This document shows, in pieces, positions 44,739-58,202 of a DNA stretch of 64,000 nt; position 1 is the first letter of the stretch; each line of letters begins with the position of its first letter. The notes under the pieces were generated by a model. The model worked only from the letters and a program-made list of their open reading frames with translations, made no database searches and was not told where the DNA came from. Origin of the DNA: Gonapodya sp. JEL0774 (taxonomy: Eukaryota). The position numbers were made by a program, and so were the translations under genes. Where the stretch lies: positions 186,001 through 250,000 of the forward strand of contig JADIIX010000002.1 in assembly GCA_027604505.1 (NCBI GenBank), read 5' to 3'.

Positions 44739-46019
44739 TCAATTTTGCTGCGTGGCAACCTCGTCAACCCATTTTTCGTGTCTTCTCACCAGTTCTGGTA
44801 TGATCACAGACTCGATCTCGATACCAGACTGTTGTTGTTCGCGCGTTAGGGTGATGTTGGTGTAATCTTCTCTCGCTACGAACGTAACTGTCCATTTCCG
44901 AGTGTTGAGCAGGTTGCCAATAACGAGTTGGTGGCCATAGCGCACGAGAGATTGTTGCGCCTTGGGTACAAGGAGAGCAGCGTCTGTTTCTAACTGCGAG
45001 GATCAACCAGGAAGTTTTGTTGCAAAGAAGCATTGGTTAGGGAACAAGCGGATATGGAATGGGACAAAATCATACAATAGATCAAGAAATGTGTCGAAAC
45101 CACCAGAACTTCCGTTTTAACACACCTTAAACGAGACAGTGTATCCTGTGGGTACCCACTCTTTGACCAACGGCTTCAAGAATTTGGGGACCTGATCGAG
45201 AACCATAGTAAGAGCGCCCTCTCTGCTCTGGATCTTGTGCACGGCCATCCGGGACCGCGGAACAAAGAAGTCAGACACTGCTGCCGCCAAGTAATACATT
45301 CCTCGTCGTCCGAGTTCGCTGCCCATGATTTTGCAAATGTGTTGGAGGTACAGGAGATACTGCTGGACGGTAGTGTAGTCAATCATCAGAAGCAGTCGCT
45401 GCTCTTTTGCCTGGGGTTGAGTAAATCCAGGCACTTGTGTGATTGTAATCTCGAGCTGCTCCAAACAGCGACGGACTGTACCTTCCGATATTTCCTCAGA
45501 ACGTCAGCCATTTCGAATTGATACTCGGGATCCACATAGATTGTTCCAGCATTTAAGTATCCATTTGACGTTGCATCTTCACCTGGGATGGTCATGTAGT
45601 CCAAGAAGCAATTCTTGGAGTGAGAGTAATGCCTGGAGTAAGGTTGAAGAGAATATTGTCGATGGAGGAAAATCACTGCGTAGCCAGCATCCAGAAAATA
45701 TTCCGCTGATGTCGCTCCGCGAGTTCCAGCGCTGAAGTTGTCAATGAAACGAACGGTGTTCGCCTCCAGAGGTATTGTGGTACCGCCAGACTGGACAGAG
45801 CGATTGCAGATATACGATTTAGGCGATAGGCTTCCCCGCGAAAGAAATCGTCTTCAGGAGTCTCACCGTCACCAAAACCATCTTCCTTCCCTCAACCGAT
45901 CTGTGCTTGGCTACGAAATCAGCGACCATCGTTTGCACTTCCGGTAATAGTTTCCACACTGATTCTGGAACTTCATCTTTGAACCACTTTTCGCTGTCCA
46001 TGGCAGGTTCGTCGGACAT
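44739..46019 (-). CDS. CAB2: Phosphopantothenate-cysteine ligase (multi-exon)
   Basis: [74 protein letters not shown] and [11 protein letters not shown]. Confidence 0.95.
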
Positions 46020-46123
46020 CGTTATCGGTTCAACGAAAGGAAATGCGGCTAAATCGGACAACTGTTTAAGCGGACTGGGATACTCTGCAAACCAAAACAT
46101 CTCGTTGTGTTGATCCCGTATTC
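46020..46123. promoter_or_regulatory. Putative bidirectional promoter CAB2/atl1
   Basis: 104 bp between the divergent start codons. Confidence 0.55.
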
Positions 46124-46620
46124 ATGGCTGAGTACGCTGAATTCAGAGCCAAGGTGCTGGATGTGATTCGGAGGATTCCAGAGGGGAAGGTAACGACATA
46201 TGGTTCGTTGAACAAACGTGTTCGGAGTCCCAACCATGTTTCTGGGTGATTCGAGCATTCTGCCTGCCAGGGCACGTCGCGAAACTCGTCGGTAGACCGA
46301 AGCATTCACGGCATGTAGGCGCTGTGTTGCGTACTTTGCATGGTGCAGAGGAAGGAGATGTACCTTGGCAGCGTGTGCTCAACCACCGAGGGCGAGTCTC
46401 TTTACGTCATCCCAGGTGTGCCTGTTTAAGATTCTTCGTTTTCAATTTGCTTTTGGGTATCCTGACATTCGTGCCACGTCTCCCCAGAGATTCGGTTCAG
46501 AGACAGGCAGACTTACTGCGGGATGAAGGCGTTGAGATAGCGCAAGACGAGTGGAACCAGTTCACTGTTTCTCTACGTCATTGTGGATGGTTCCCTGAGC
46601 TTCGAGACATTCGTCTATGA
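46124..46620 (+). CDS. atl1: Alkyltransferase-like protein (non-catalytic MGMT homologue; 3 exons)
   Basis: FRAKVLDVIRRIPEGKVTTYG/HVAKLVGRPKHSRHVG, with PWQRV (Trp in place of the catalytic Cys of PCHRV), then QADLLRDEGV and CGWFP. Confidence 0.92.
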
Positions 46621-46691
46621 AATGAGGGACGAGGGACTGTACATCAAAATCTACATATGTAAAACTACCACTAAACCCCTCATTGGAGCTT

Positions 46692-49600
46692 TCAATTGTG
46701 ATAAACGCGATACCACCTGTCAAGAATCTTCCTGATCTCATGGGTTTGCGCTGCATTTACTTTCTCCGCAAACGTCTCAAGCTCCATACCAAAGTATTCT
46801 GCCATCAGTGCAAGCTGTCGATCCGCTTCATCGGTCGGAGTCTCCCCAATGGTCGGTACTCGCTTCAGTGCAGCTCCAGGTTCTTCACCAGCAACATTCA
46901 TTCTAGCCCTCTTCCGCCGTCCGGCCGTGTAGGCGAGCTCTTGATCGTCGACGTCACCAGAAGCGACGGCCGCAAGGGCATCTCGGGAAATCTCGGCTTC
47001 CAGAGTTGACTCACCAAGCACATTGCCGTGATGATGAGTTTTGGTGTCGAATTGCCACAAGAGGGCGTTGATGGCGTCACGGTTCGCTTTTTCCTGGACA
47101 CGTTCCATCTTCTTGAACATGTCTGTTGCAGATGCATCTTTGAGATCAGCCTCCAAGAAACCAGCAACATACGCATCTTCCTTGGAGTCTAGGTCTTCCT
47201 CCTTGGCCTGGTTAAGAGTTGTCTTTCGTCGGCAATGCCTTCAATATGCTGAACAAACAGGTGGCTCACATCGGCAAGCTCTTCATTAATTGCAGCGTAC
47301 TCCGCTTCTGCCCTTTCCGTTTTTTGAACGATCGTCTTACATTTAATGAATGATTTCAATACTGATACGCATAATCCCTTCCAATGTGCAACACACCTTT
47401 GTCACGTCGTTGTCTGTCAAGTAACTGAGGAGATTCTGCAGAGAAAAGATGTCGCTAAAATTGAACTTCCGATGTTCGAACCACCAACAGCTGACCTTAA
47501 TCCCAAACAATTCTCCTTGATGTCCCTAGATATTGAGATTGCAATTTCAAACTCGCACAATGTCAGCAATGCAGCCAGTCACCGCCTACCGGATCCCCTT
47601 GTACGGCCTCGAACAATCTTCTCTCCGTCGCAGCTTCGTAGGCAATATTTGAGTGCTGCTGCTTGTATACCTGTCGATTGTAAATCATCTCTTCAAGGGT
47701 TCCCGCGGAGAACAGTCTGAGCACCGTCACCTGATTCACGACAACATAAGAACTAAAGTACAAGGGGTAAATATAAATGATACTTGCGTTGCGAGTCTGA
47801 CCGATCCGAAAAGCGCGATCCTGGGCTTGCAGATCGAGGGCAGGATTAAAGTTCGGATCGAAAACAACCACTATGTTGGCACCTCTATAAACCCAACATT
47901 TGCCGTGTTTCATGAGCCTCTCGAATGTGGGGACATCGCGAAAGTGCTCACGCCAAGTTCAACCCCACCCCACCAGCGGTGGTGGAAATCAACAAAATGA
48001 ATTTGTTGGGATCTGTATTGAACTCTTTGCAAATGGATAGCCGACGATCAGCGGGGACTGTGCCGTCAATTTTTGCGTAGTCGTGGCCTAATTATGGGGG
48101 TTCGATGAAATGGTTGTGAGCGCCATTTGAACACAATCAATCCGACACGCACCTTCAGCCATAACCTGACAACGCGTGTTACATGACGAATTCTCAGCTA
48201 AACCAATTCAGAATAAAAATATACAAATACCCGGAGATACTTGCACATTGCTCCAACATATTCAAAAGCTCCCTACGGAATGAGAAGAGAAGGACCTTGG
48301 CGCCTTGCTTCTTCCACTCAACCAACAGAACTTTACGAGCAACAATCATTCTCAAACCATCAACAAAGATCACACGGTTTGAGTCGCTCCGCTCACCTCT
48401 CAGAACCTTCCATTTCCCGCAATTTTCAAATGACGACCAGTTCTCAAAGTTTCCCTTCTTGGACTTGTAGCTGTCTGGGAAAGCCAACTTTGTCCATTCA
48501 ATCCGTGACTTAAGCTGCTTCTCGGTGTTGCCTGGATCGGGCCTGGTCAACAAACCCAAATCAATTAGGGTAGACACCGCAATCGTACCGCTCGTCCTCT
48601 AACGCAGCTTTTCTCACACACATTATTAGAGCCAGATGATTGGCCATACTCCTCAAAACGTGCATGCACCGAAATGTCAGTCCCGCCACAAGCTCGCCTT
48701 TGGAGTTGGTCTTGAAGCAGCACTCTTTCCGAGTTAACCTGCGCTTTTCAAATTGAGCGCGCAAACTAAACCAGCGAGAGCCAACTGAATTAGTTTGTCG
48801 GTTCAAGGAGGGGCAACGAGTACATACGCGTTACGTTCACAGTCACAGAAATCGTCTTTGGTGAGAAGGAGCTGAAAATCTTCGCTGTCGAGCATGCAAT
48901 TATATGCTTTCTATATACGGATGAGCAAAAGGGGTGGGTCAAAAGGCATTCCCTCGACTGCCACGCACTCAACCAGTCATCCACCCGACCCACCATCATC
49001 GTTTTGGTCACCGGACACATCACAATCACATCCTCTTTCTTCGGCAACTGATCCCTGATCACATTTTTTGTTCTCCTCAGCATCCACCTCCTCACAATCG
49101 TTTCGTTGAACTTGAGCGCTGTGGCTCTCGCTTCGGCCAACTCGAGGACGGTGGCACTGTGCTTTTGGCCCCGCTTTAGAGGGGCCGATACGAGGCGGTT
49201 AAAGTCTTCTATACGGCCAACGCAGCCTGGCACGGCCCCTGAGAGAGGCAAAGATGAACAGCAAAACATTGGTTATGATCTTAACAGCAACAACAACCAT
49301 CCAACCCACAATCCAACAAGCACCACATTTCCGAGTAATCATTCATAAATGGAGTTCCCGTGAGTCCAAACCTCCTCCGTGCACCGTTGGTGTCGAAGAA
49401 AAATGGTCGATCGTCGTTGAGGGCTTTCATGACAGCTGTCAGGCGGGTTTTTGGCTCTTTAAGGCGATGCGCCTGCGGTTGGGAGGCGTGATAAGATGGA
49501 GGAGGAGGTTGGAAGAGACTATGGCATTGTAATGGCAGAGTGTGGGTCTGTGGGATGGTGGAGGGTTGATGTTCATACCTCGTCTGCAATAACGACAGAC

Positions 49601-51150
49601 CAGTGTACACTGTTGACGTCATCGAAAGCTCCCTGTTTTGGTGATATAAGTCATAGGGCAGAGGGATGATATGAGCATTTGATAGAGTTGCATGTGTCTG
49701 CACAAACCGGTGAACAAAGGAACAGGCTGCGAACCTTTAGCGTGTCAAATGAAGTGATCTTCGAGAGTATGACATGTTAGTTTTGAAGTTACACATGCCC
49801 ATTCGAACAGAGCAAGTCCTCCCGATGTTCCTCCTCACCAAAATCTCCCCCGTCCCGGACTTGACATTATTCAGTGCCTCCTCTTTCTTCACGCCATGAA
49901 ACACTTCCACCTTGAAATACGCCCACCGCTCAATCTCATCTTTCCAATTGTATAGCACAGCGTTAGGACAGACGATGAGCACGCGAAGGAGGTCGGAGGA
50001 GTCCATCGTTCCGGCGCGGACGAGCCGTTTGTGGTGGGCTCGGGTCGCCAGGTCGGCAGAGGTGTTCGTTTTGTGGAAGATGGAGGTCAGAAAGGCGATT
50101 ACTTGGATGGTTTTGCCGAGGCTTGAGAGGGCGATGCGTGGGTGGGCGGGCGGTGGAACGTCGGTGAATGGTTCCGTCAGCGTCGTGTCTCATGGGTTCC
50201 AGTCTAACGCGCCGAGCGTGGATGTGGGGAGGGGTCACACTGGAGCTCCCACCATCTTACCCTCTCTCGCCAGGTGTCCAGTGCCAATGACCCATCAAGC
50301 GCTGTTTCCCAATGTCCTCGAGTGCTTGGACAGAGGAAAGACAAATCTTCGTTCCTTGGGCCCTCCCTAGGCACTCAGGATATCCCAACTCACCCCATAT
50401 CATCGCCTAGAACGCCCCCCATCCCAACTTTCCACCTCTGAAACAAAAAATCCACACCTTCACGCTGGTATTCTTTGAGGTATTGATTGAGAGGAGCATT
50501 GATGGACTATAGGACACGGTTCCGCATGCGTGGACCAAGCTCTGAACGACGAACATCTGCAGAACCAAACATACGTATTTCCCATCCTCTCCATCCAGAG
50601 GGTATGATACTTTCGGACCTTTCACCATGGCGTACTTGAGAATCGGTTTCTCTGCGGCTGCGCCACCGTCACCTTTGAGTCGGCCATTCGTGTCGTCTTG
50701 GTCCATTCCATCGTCCTGTTCAACCGAGAGCTTCGGGCCAACAGCAAGCCGAGCCAGCGCCCCAAGACCGAACTCATCAGCTGGAGGTGGCACGAACGGC
50801 TTTGCCTGTGACTGGTTCCGGAGTTTGGGAGGAGGAGGAGGAACCTTCAACCGCTCAGCTGGTGTTCGGGACGACGGATTCGGCGGTGGGCGGGGCAGTA
50901 CACGCGGTAGCGGAGTTGGAGCAGGCTCTTCAAATACATGTCCGTAGGTTCCACTGCGTACTGACTGAATTGGCGGTGCAATCACCGAGTTCTCCTTGGT
51001 CTTCGCAAATGGCCTCGCTCCACCACCTCCGCTCGCACTTCCCCCAAGCGTTTCATTGGGCGACCTTCGTCGTTTCTTCGTGAATATTGACAATGACGCC
51101 CGCGGGGATGGGTCGATCGCAGAGTCGGATTCGGTTTCCGAAGAGGACAT
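46692..51150 (-). CDS. ERCC6L2: SNF2-family DNA translocase ERCC6L2 (multi-exon)
   Basis: [104 protein letters not shown] and a VIGSSK-like [16 protein letters not shown]. Confidence 0.88.
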
Positions 51151-52677
51151 GATGGTGAATGCCTTTTCTGAACCAAACTGACGGATGCACACCAAAGCCA
51201 CAGATCGATACCACAATTTAATGTAATGAAGCCTTCTAATCCCCTCATCTCGATTGCAATCACCATTCGTGCCGCGATTTTCAATGTTTGTTATGGGCGA
51301 TTGTGGACAATCATGTAAGACCGCCAACAATTCCCTCTCCTGTTTCTTTCTCGCCCAACATGAACGTCTGAGTCCGCTCTGACTTGCCGAAACCATCGAA
51401 AATACATATAGAGGTGTTGCTTCAAGGTTGCGGTGTCGGTCTTGCGTTTGTTTCTGGTGGGGATCTGCGTGTCAGTTTACTTCAACATCAGTTTAATAAT
51501 AGATCAACATTCGATCACTACAAAAATGATACTGTAAACCCCCCGCAGCTTGACCTCAACGGGGTGGAGGGTGGTTCTGACCAATCAGATCTGTCATCGA
51601 CAGTTTCCATTGGCTTTCGAGCTCCCAGACAAAGGTGCAGGTGGTTTACCAATCTGGGAACACGCATGTTCGGCCAAAAGCAGTAACACAATGAGCCAGC
51701 ACCCAACTTTGAAACCCACTAATAATAGCGATAACGATGTCGTCTTGTTTGTCCTTCATGGATCGTGACTCTGGGAGAGTTTCGGCACGCAGAGAAAACT
51801 TCGATTGCCGCCAGCACAGCCTCTTCACAACAAACCGCACAACTTGACAATCTATTCCTTGGGAAAAGCATTGGAGCTCTCTTAATTATTCTCCCTTCAC
51901 CGGCCGGCGTTTCTCAACTGTGCGAGAGGAACGAGGCAAATGCCTACAGTTTTCAATCCAAACAACTGTGAATAGGAGATCGGTAAGGAAATCAGTCCAG
52001 TCAGTATTCTGTTGCAGGTAATTCAATAAGAAATTTGTGATGATCTCTCATTCCGAGACTTCATCAATCATCGGGCAGACGTCTTTGTGCAGATGGTCGA
52101 ATCCATTACAGAGGTCGACACTCTACAGCGAGTCTACAACAGAGCATGTACTGATGGTGTCATACAAGTTTTCTGAGTGTTTTCCTGAGTGAAATCAGAA
52201 CTTTGCAGGCGGGTAAATGAACATCCCACCTCCGATCAAAAATTGCAAATGAGACCCGATCATTTTGAATTAGATCTGTTGTAATGCATGATTTCGGTAC
52301 CCCCGGAGCCATTAACATCGTGGATGAACATGAGAATGATTTGGCGTCGGTGGAGACATATTTAATGACTAGTAGGGTGCGCATTCCATCCCGACCATGC
52401 GTATTTTGCAAATCACCGTGAAATCATTCGACTTTCGAACCGGCAGTCATGCAAATAATATGTTACCTCGCTTGTCCAACCCTGGCCGGCGTAAAGTTTC
52501 GCGATTTATCTATCCGGTAATCACAGTACCAACATACCATTGCGAGTCCGCAACAAGTCGTTAATAAGGTTGTTTGTCTACCACAGCGGCTCGGTTGAGA
52601 ACCAGGTGGATGCCAGTGGGTGTTCAATCTCAACACCAGCACACACACATTCACATTCACATTATCGGGACCGGGGA

Positions 52678-54698
52678 ATGTCGAGCCCGCCGTACCCGCA
52701 ACCGTCAAGCAGTGGTTTTGTATATGCGCAGTACCCGCCATCGACTCAGCCCCTTGGGCCCCCGCCTACTTCTTCCTCGACCGCTCCCCCCCTATCGTCG
52801 ACTCCACCAATAAACTCCACCAACACCGCCAACACCCAGTTCTCGACGCAGAATTTGCAGAATCCAGTCGTCTTTCACAACTCGCTTTTCGGCACAAAGT
52901 ATGGCTGGAACGACCCTCCGCCTACTGCTGTCTCCACGCCTTCATCCGCGGCAAAGAGAGCAGCCCAGGCCGCCGCTCACAGGAGAATTCCATCACCTGC
53001 AATGATGGCCATGAATGGTGGTGGAACTGCTGGGGGTGGGAATCTCGGTCAGACTGCTCAGGCGGGTCCCGGACTTGCTGGTCTGGCTGTGGGGCCACCC
53101 CAACAACCTCCCCAGCAGTCATACCCGTACCCTCCTCCACCTCCTCAACCTCCCCTTCACTCCCACTCTGCGGCACCGTCTGCACCGCATTTGGTCAACC
53201 AGAGCAATATGCCTCAGACGGGATACACTCCCTACCCGCAGAACCCCTACCCCCATATGCTCGCTCATGCCCAGTTACCCGGTGCTACTCTGCCCGTTCT
53301 TGCGCCTCCACAAATAAGGTGTGTACTTCGAAAGTGGGGAGTTTTCGCTGCGTCGAAGGGGAAAGACAGGCTCGGGCCGCCCATTGGGAAGGAGAGCAGA
53401 ACGAGTGATCCTTGACGTTCGCTCTGCTGGTTTACATGAGCTATGGTATTGCTGAATGTGGGACGTGTGGCGGGAGGGGCGTGGCGTAGACGGACCGTGG
53501 TGATGCCATTCAGTGTAGAGGTGTTCGGATCGGCCATGAGGATCCCGCCAAGGACTTGCTTTCCCGCTGTAGGCTCGCCCCGCTGATAAACGACATGAAT
53601 TTCTTCTTTTAACACATGACTCGCGTTATCGTCGTCGTTTTCTCTGTGTCCCGTTGACCTGCCTTTGACGCTTCGAACTCTCGGGTACTACATCACTCAT
53701 CTGCTTCCCAGTAGCTCTAGCTCACCCCCGCCACCCACATCGCCTCCCGTCCCACCAACACCCGCCCCAGCACCGCCATCGCCCGTCTCCTTCTCTGCAT
53801 CCACACCGCCTCCCCCACTCTCTCCTGGCTCTGGAACGCCGCCGCCCATCACAACCGCGCCCGCACTTGCAGCCCCCACATCTCCGTCGTCCACCCCGAC
53901 TCCAACCGCCACGCCGCCACCGGCCACAGCGTTCACTCCGACGCCGTCGGAGCCCCCACCTCTAGACACTCAGTCGTTGAAAATTGTCACCGCGTTGGAC
54001 TGGTTGCTGGCGGAGACGGAAAAGGGTGGTGCGGGAGATGTGAGTTGGGGGTTGAGACGGGTGGTGGATGGGACGCGGAACTACGGACGGAGCAGGACCT
54101 GGGAGATTGTTTCGATCGTGGAAGGGAAACAGCGAACGTGGAAATGAGGATTCTTGGATCTTACCATGTTTGAACCAATTGATGGCGAGCCTCTGCCTGT
54201 GCGGGTTCAGTGATGGAGTTGTGTCTTGCGCATGCACATTGTTTCCACACTAGAGGTCAACCCTCCCTCCCTTTGTAACCACTCAATCCCTTCTCTCTCA
54301 CCGCCTCCAAGGCGCCCACACTTAAAGTCCTCACAGACTCGTCGCGTCGCATCAAAACCAACCTGTACTCCAAACTGCGCCGAAGGGTGCTTTCTCAACC
54401 GGTCTTGGAGGCGTTGGGAAAGGTGGCAGACGGTGAGTGACGGGATGGAGTCGACCGGGACCAGGGTGCATGGATTTCAAATATTCATGCCCCGTTCGTT
54501 CGATCCCCTCACTTCCCTCTCGCCCGTCCAGCCCTCCAACCCGCCTCCACCGACGCCCCTGCAACGCCAACTACCGTGCAACCTCTCATACCGCCGCTCA
54601 TGACGGCGGCACTCTCGCATAGCAGGGAGGGAGACGACTCGGCGTGGACGGTGGGTGTGAAGAGGGTGGTGGAGGTGTGGGCAAAGGGGAAGAAGTGA
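52678..54698 (+). CDS. SRA1-like (SRA1/Sec31 C-terminal domain) proline-rich protein (multi-exon)
   Basis: N-terminal GWNDPP motif, long Pro-rich linker and a C-terminal helical domain ending SAWTVGVKRVVEVWAKGKK*. Internal exon boundaries are uncertain. Confidence 0.7.
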
Positions 54699-55099
54699 CT
54701 TATGGTGATGGAAGTAGGACATTTTCGAGCGGAGGGGTGGCAGTCATCTGGGAGTGGAATGGGGGATGATTTGAGGGTTCAGGCGAAAGGATCAGGAGCA
54801 TGGTAGAATTGAGTGCGACTGTGTGGGCAAGTTCTTGGTATGATTAAGTTACACCAAGATAATTAGGCGGTGGATTGTATCGTGGGCGTGGTGTCTGAAC
54901 TTATATGTCTGTATGGTATGCACCCTCGAATATCAAACTGGATCAGAGTACCCACCCCAATTTCGTGACTTGGCTCACTATTTACGTGTCGTAATGTCCA
55001 ACTCTATATATGGTATGTACATTGGAAACCAGCGCGCACTAATGCATACGCACTATGCAGTATCTATCTATGTATCTGTCTATTACACGTCATTAATTT

Positions 55100-57760
55100 C
55101 TCTCTAAACCGGCCAATCGCTCATACATATACAGTGCGGACGAAATATCTCTCCCTGTGATCAAATCTTGGGGCTTGGCATGTGGACGTTGCACATGCAA
55201 GAGTCCCCTGATCAGAGGTCCATTTAATCGCAAATTTATGGATACCAGAACCGAATTCGAGTTCTCCGTCAGCGATGGCTCGCTTGATAGTGACAGCGAC
55301 ACTCCCATGCCGACGTACTTGCCTGCCGATGGCGATGTGGTATCCCCTCCCCCCCACCGTCCCGTTCCTTGCCAGGACGCTTCAACGGAAGGGAACGGTC
55401 TGGTCGATCTTCGCCCCAGTACTTATGGATCGAGATCGCTATTCAGGTCTCTTCTGGAGCTGCAGAGCCAGTTAGAGACAGGGACAGAGAAAGAGCAATT
55501 GGCGTTGAGGAGGCGGGAGTTGCTGAAGCGGGAATAGGAGTTGCAGGTCCGGCAGGCAAAGTTGGAGGACACTATACATAAGTTCCGTGAGGCGCAGGCA
55601 AATGCAAAAATGAGGTTGCTTAGCCTTGTGCGATCTGACGGTGGTTCACTGGCATTCGAACGGGAAAGTAATGCCACCGTGGAGGCACCTGAGAGTCCAG
55701 TGTGGGACTTTTGTCACTCTCCGGCGTACTCTTTGGACACAGTAGAAGGTCCTGGAGCAGAGTATCAACAGCGTGAAGGTGAACACCCGTACGATTGGGT
55801 GCAACGTCTCCAAAGGGGTGTCAGGCAGTTGGGATTGGGCGATGGTCAAGACGCAGTAGCGTGGTGCGCTAAAGTACTCTCAGAGGAGCTCAGCGAGTTG
55901 TTGGACGATACAATGCATGCAGGTGCAAAGCCACCTGTACACAGCTTGTGGGAGGCTGCAATTTTCCGGTTTCCCCCGCTTTCCGATCTCAGGTCGTTCT
56001 TTGGGTGGGTCCTCGCAAGGACAGTGACAGAACAGTGGTTTGAGCAAGCAGAATATCTGGTGAATCATTCTACATGGGTGGTGGTCACAGATGGCAACGT
56101 GTGTCGACCTGGCACAGCGATGGCCACACTGGACCAGCATACAACCGATTTGCGGCGTCTAGAGGCATGTACGGAACCTGCGGCTCTCAGAACAGGCATT
56201 CAAACCAAAGAGAAGCTCAAGGATATGTTCATGCGGGCGATGGGTCCGCAGGGAAAGCAAATTCTGACAATCGCATCTGGGGGCACCAACGTCTCGTATG
56301 AAGAGCTGCGAACCCGAGTGTCTAACCTTAGCCCATTCCCCACGTCAAAGTTTCCCCCGTTGCCGGCTGGTTGCATTTGGGATGGCCCTGCCAGACCTGA
56401 TGTGGACCCCACCACAGAGCACGCTCTGACATTCACTGAGACAGAGTTGGAGAGCGTGCCACCTTGTTCGACAGCCCTTCTTCTGGATAAAGGAGAGGCG
56501 GTGCAAGCAATTTGTGGTCCTGGTGACAGACAGCGCAGAAGAGCTCGTAGACCAGACCTCACGGCCGTGGTAGGGGTGGCGGCCCAATCCACGGCAACTA
56601 CGTAGTTCCCGCTCCCCAGTATCCTGCACCCTTTGCCCCTCCGTACTTTGCGGCATACCCTCCTCTCTACCCTCAGAACTATTCCTTGGTTAACCAGCCG
56701 GGGTGGGACACACCATTACCCCCTCTTCTACCCGCCGTTCTACCCTGGCCCCCCTCCCCCTCGTGAAGTGGGAGAGCGATGCTTCAACTTTGGTGCTATG
56801 GGGCACTTCAGTCGCAAGTGTACGTATCCCCCTATGGCGGAGACAATGAATGTGAGGGCAAGGGAAAGTGGCAGAGGAGTTTGAACACGTGACACGGCGG
56901 ACATTTGCCCAGCACAGACATGCTAGATTGTTGAGCTCAAGAGGCGGTGGGCCGCCACAATGGTGAGTAGCAGTAGCAGTCTGCACTTGTTGCACGTTTG
57001 CGGTGCAGCAAGAGGAAGCGCAAGTGGTAAATGTCCATTTAAGAGCCGAGAACGCCGATATGTATATAGACAAAAACTCGAAAATCCATACTTTGACTGA
57101 TGCTCTGTAGCGTTTGAGATGGGAAAGTTGTGCCCACAGTCCTTTGTGCAACCAGACCACCTCCAGAGCAGTGCACTAGACAGAATTCCAAGCTTTCAAA
57201 TTATCTCAGTCGAAAAGACCCACCTGCTTTTCCGATGGGGCGGAGAATTTTCGTGGCAGGCAGGCAGGCCCTGTGGTCGTGACCTATGAGTAACAGATGA
57301 GTGAGCGAGCCAAGCCGAATCTTTCCAACTATTACTTATTCAAGCGAAGGCCAGGCGCAAGCCGAAGCCTTCAAACGAGGTCACAGCCAAATGAAGCGCA
57401 TCATCGCCTTGCTGCTTCGGCACCGGAGCTCTTTCCTATCGCTGTCGCGGGCGCGCATCCGGGTCTGCTTGAGGGCTCCCCTCCGGTGATGGCAGGTTGT
57501 GCCGCGCTTCTCCCAATGTACCATGGCGGCGGGCCTATGCCTTTCGCTTGTGGGCAAAGGGGTTAGACTGAGCTGTGAAGGTTTGGACTGGCAGTTGGAC
57601 ACCCCCAGTCCATCAAGGGCCGGTCTGGAACACCTCCAGTCAGAGTAATCTAGAGTAGTTATGGGGTGCCATGGCGAGCGGCGTCCACGTCGCGCATCCT
57701 CGAAACGTTCGCTCCGTCGAACGGCGAAAGGCCCGCCTCTAGTCTCATACACATTCGTGA
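55100..57760 (+). mobile_element. Retroelement remnant (class unresolved, no LTRs or RT motif found)
   Basis: The gag pseudogene is followed by stop-riddled sequence containing a weak RNase H-end-like TLTDAL*RL. It occupies the largest gene-free gap in the window. Boundaries are approximate. Confidence 0.45.
55238..56884 (+). pseudogene. Decayed gag-like ORF of a retroelement
   Basis: Coiled coil, capsid-like QQREGEHPYDWVQRL, Gly/Arg- and Pro/Tyr-rich tail, and a broken zinc knuckle CFNFGAMGHFSRKC (56780-56821). It has an in-frame TAG at 55535-55537 and two apparent frameshifts, and no introns are evident. Confidence 0.7.
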
Positions 57761-58202
57761 CATCATAGTTTAATACATTTGTTTGCTGTTTCGCCCCTTA
57801 TGTTTGCCTTGTCTGCCCAACTTTCAGCGAACGGTTCTCAATTCCCAATACTATCGCCCTCTGAACTCGTATTACCGCAGTCCATACGATACACCGTGTA
57901 GAATGTGTATTTTCTTCGCCCTTTTTGGTTCTCCATTGGGGATACGGATTGAGGTGCATACCATGCGAGACACAACCGCCGTGGATGTTGATACCCTCAT
58001 GCCAACATTAGTACTCTCACAGGAATGAAGGAGATACGAAATCCAATTTTCAAAACCAGTGTTCCAATTCGGGTATAAGCTCCTGTGCAAACGTCTCTCT
58101 CGTTCTTTCAGCCGTTAATTTCCGTCATCTGGAGAATATACTTCCTCCTTCACCCATACTCATGCCAATAACCCTTCCCTCCTTCCCCTATTCCCCTTTT
58201 CA

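Noticed and set aside
51384..52150. Fragments DVVLFVLHGS and FLGKSIGA suggesting an alpha/beta-hydrolase remnant
   Set aside because: They are in different frames, too close together for the fold, and I could build no coherent exon chain. Left as unexplained intergenic sequence.
54900..58100. LTR pair or target-site duplication around the gag remnant
   Set aside because: I found only a short CTCATACA match on each side, with no extended direct or inverted repeat.
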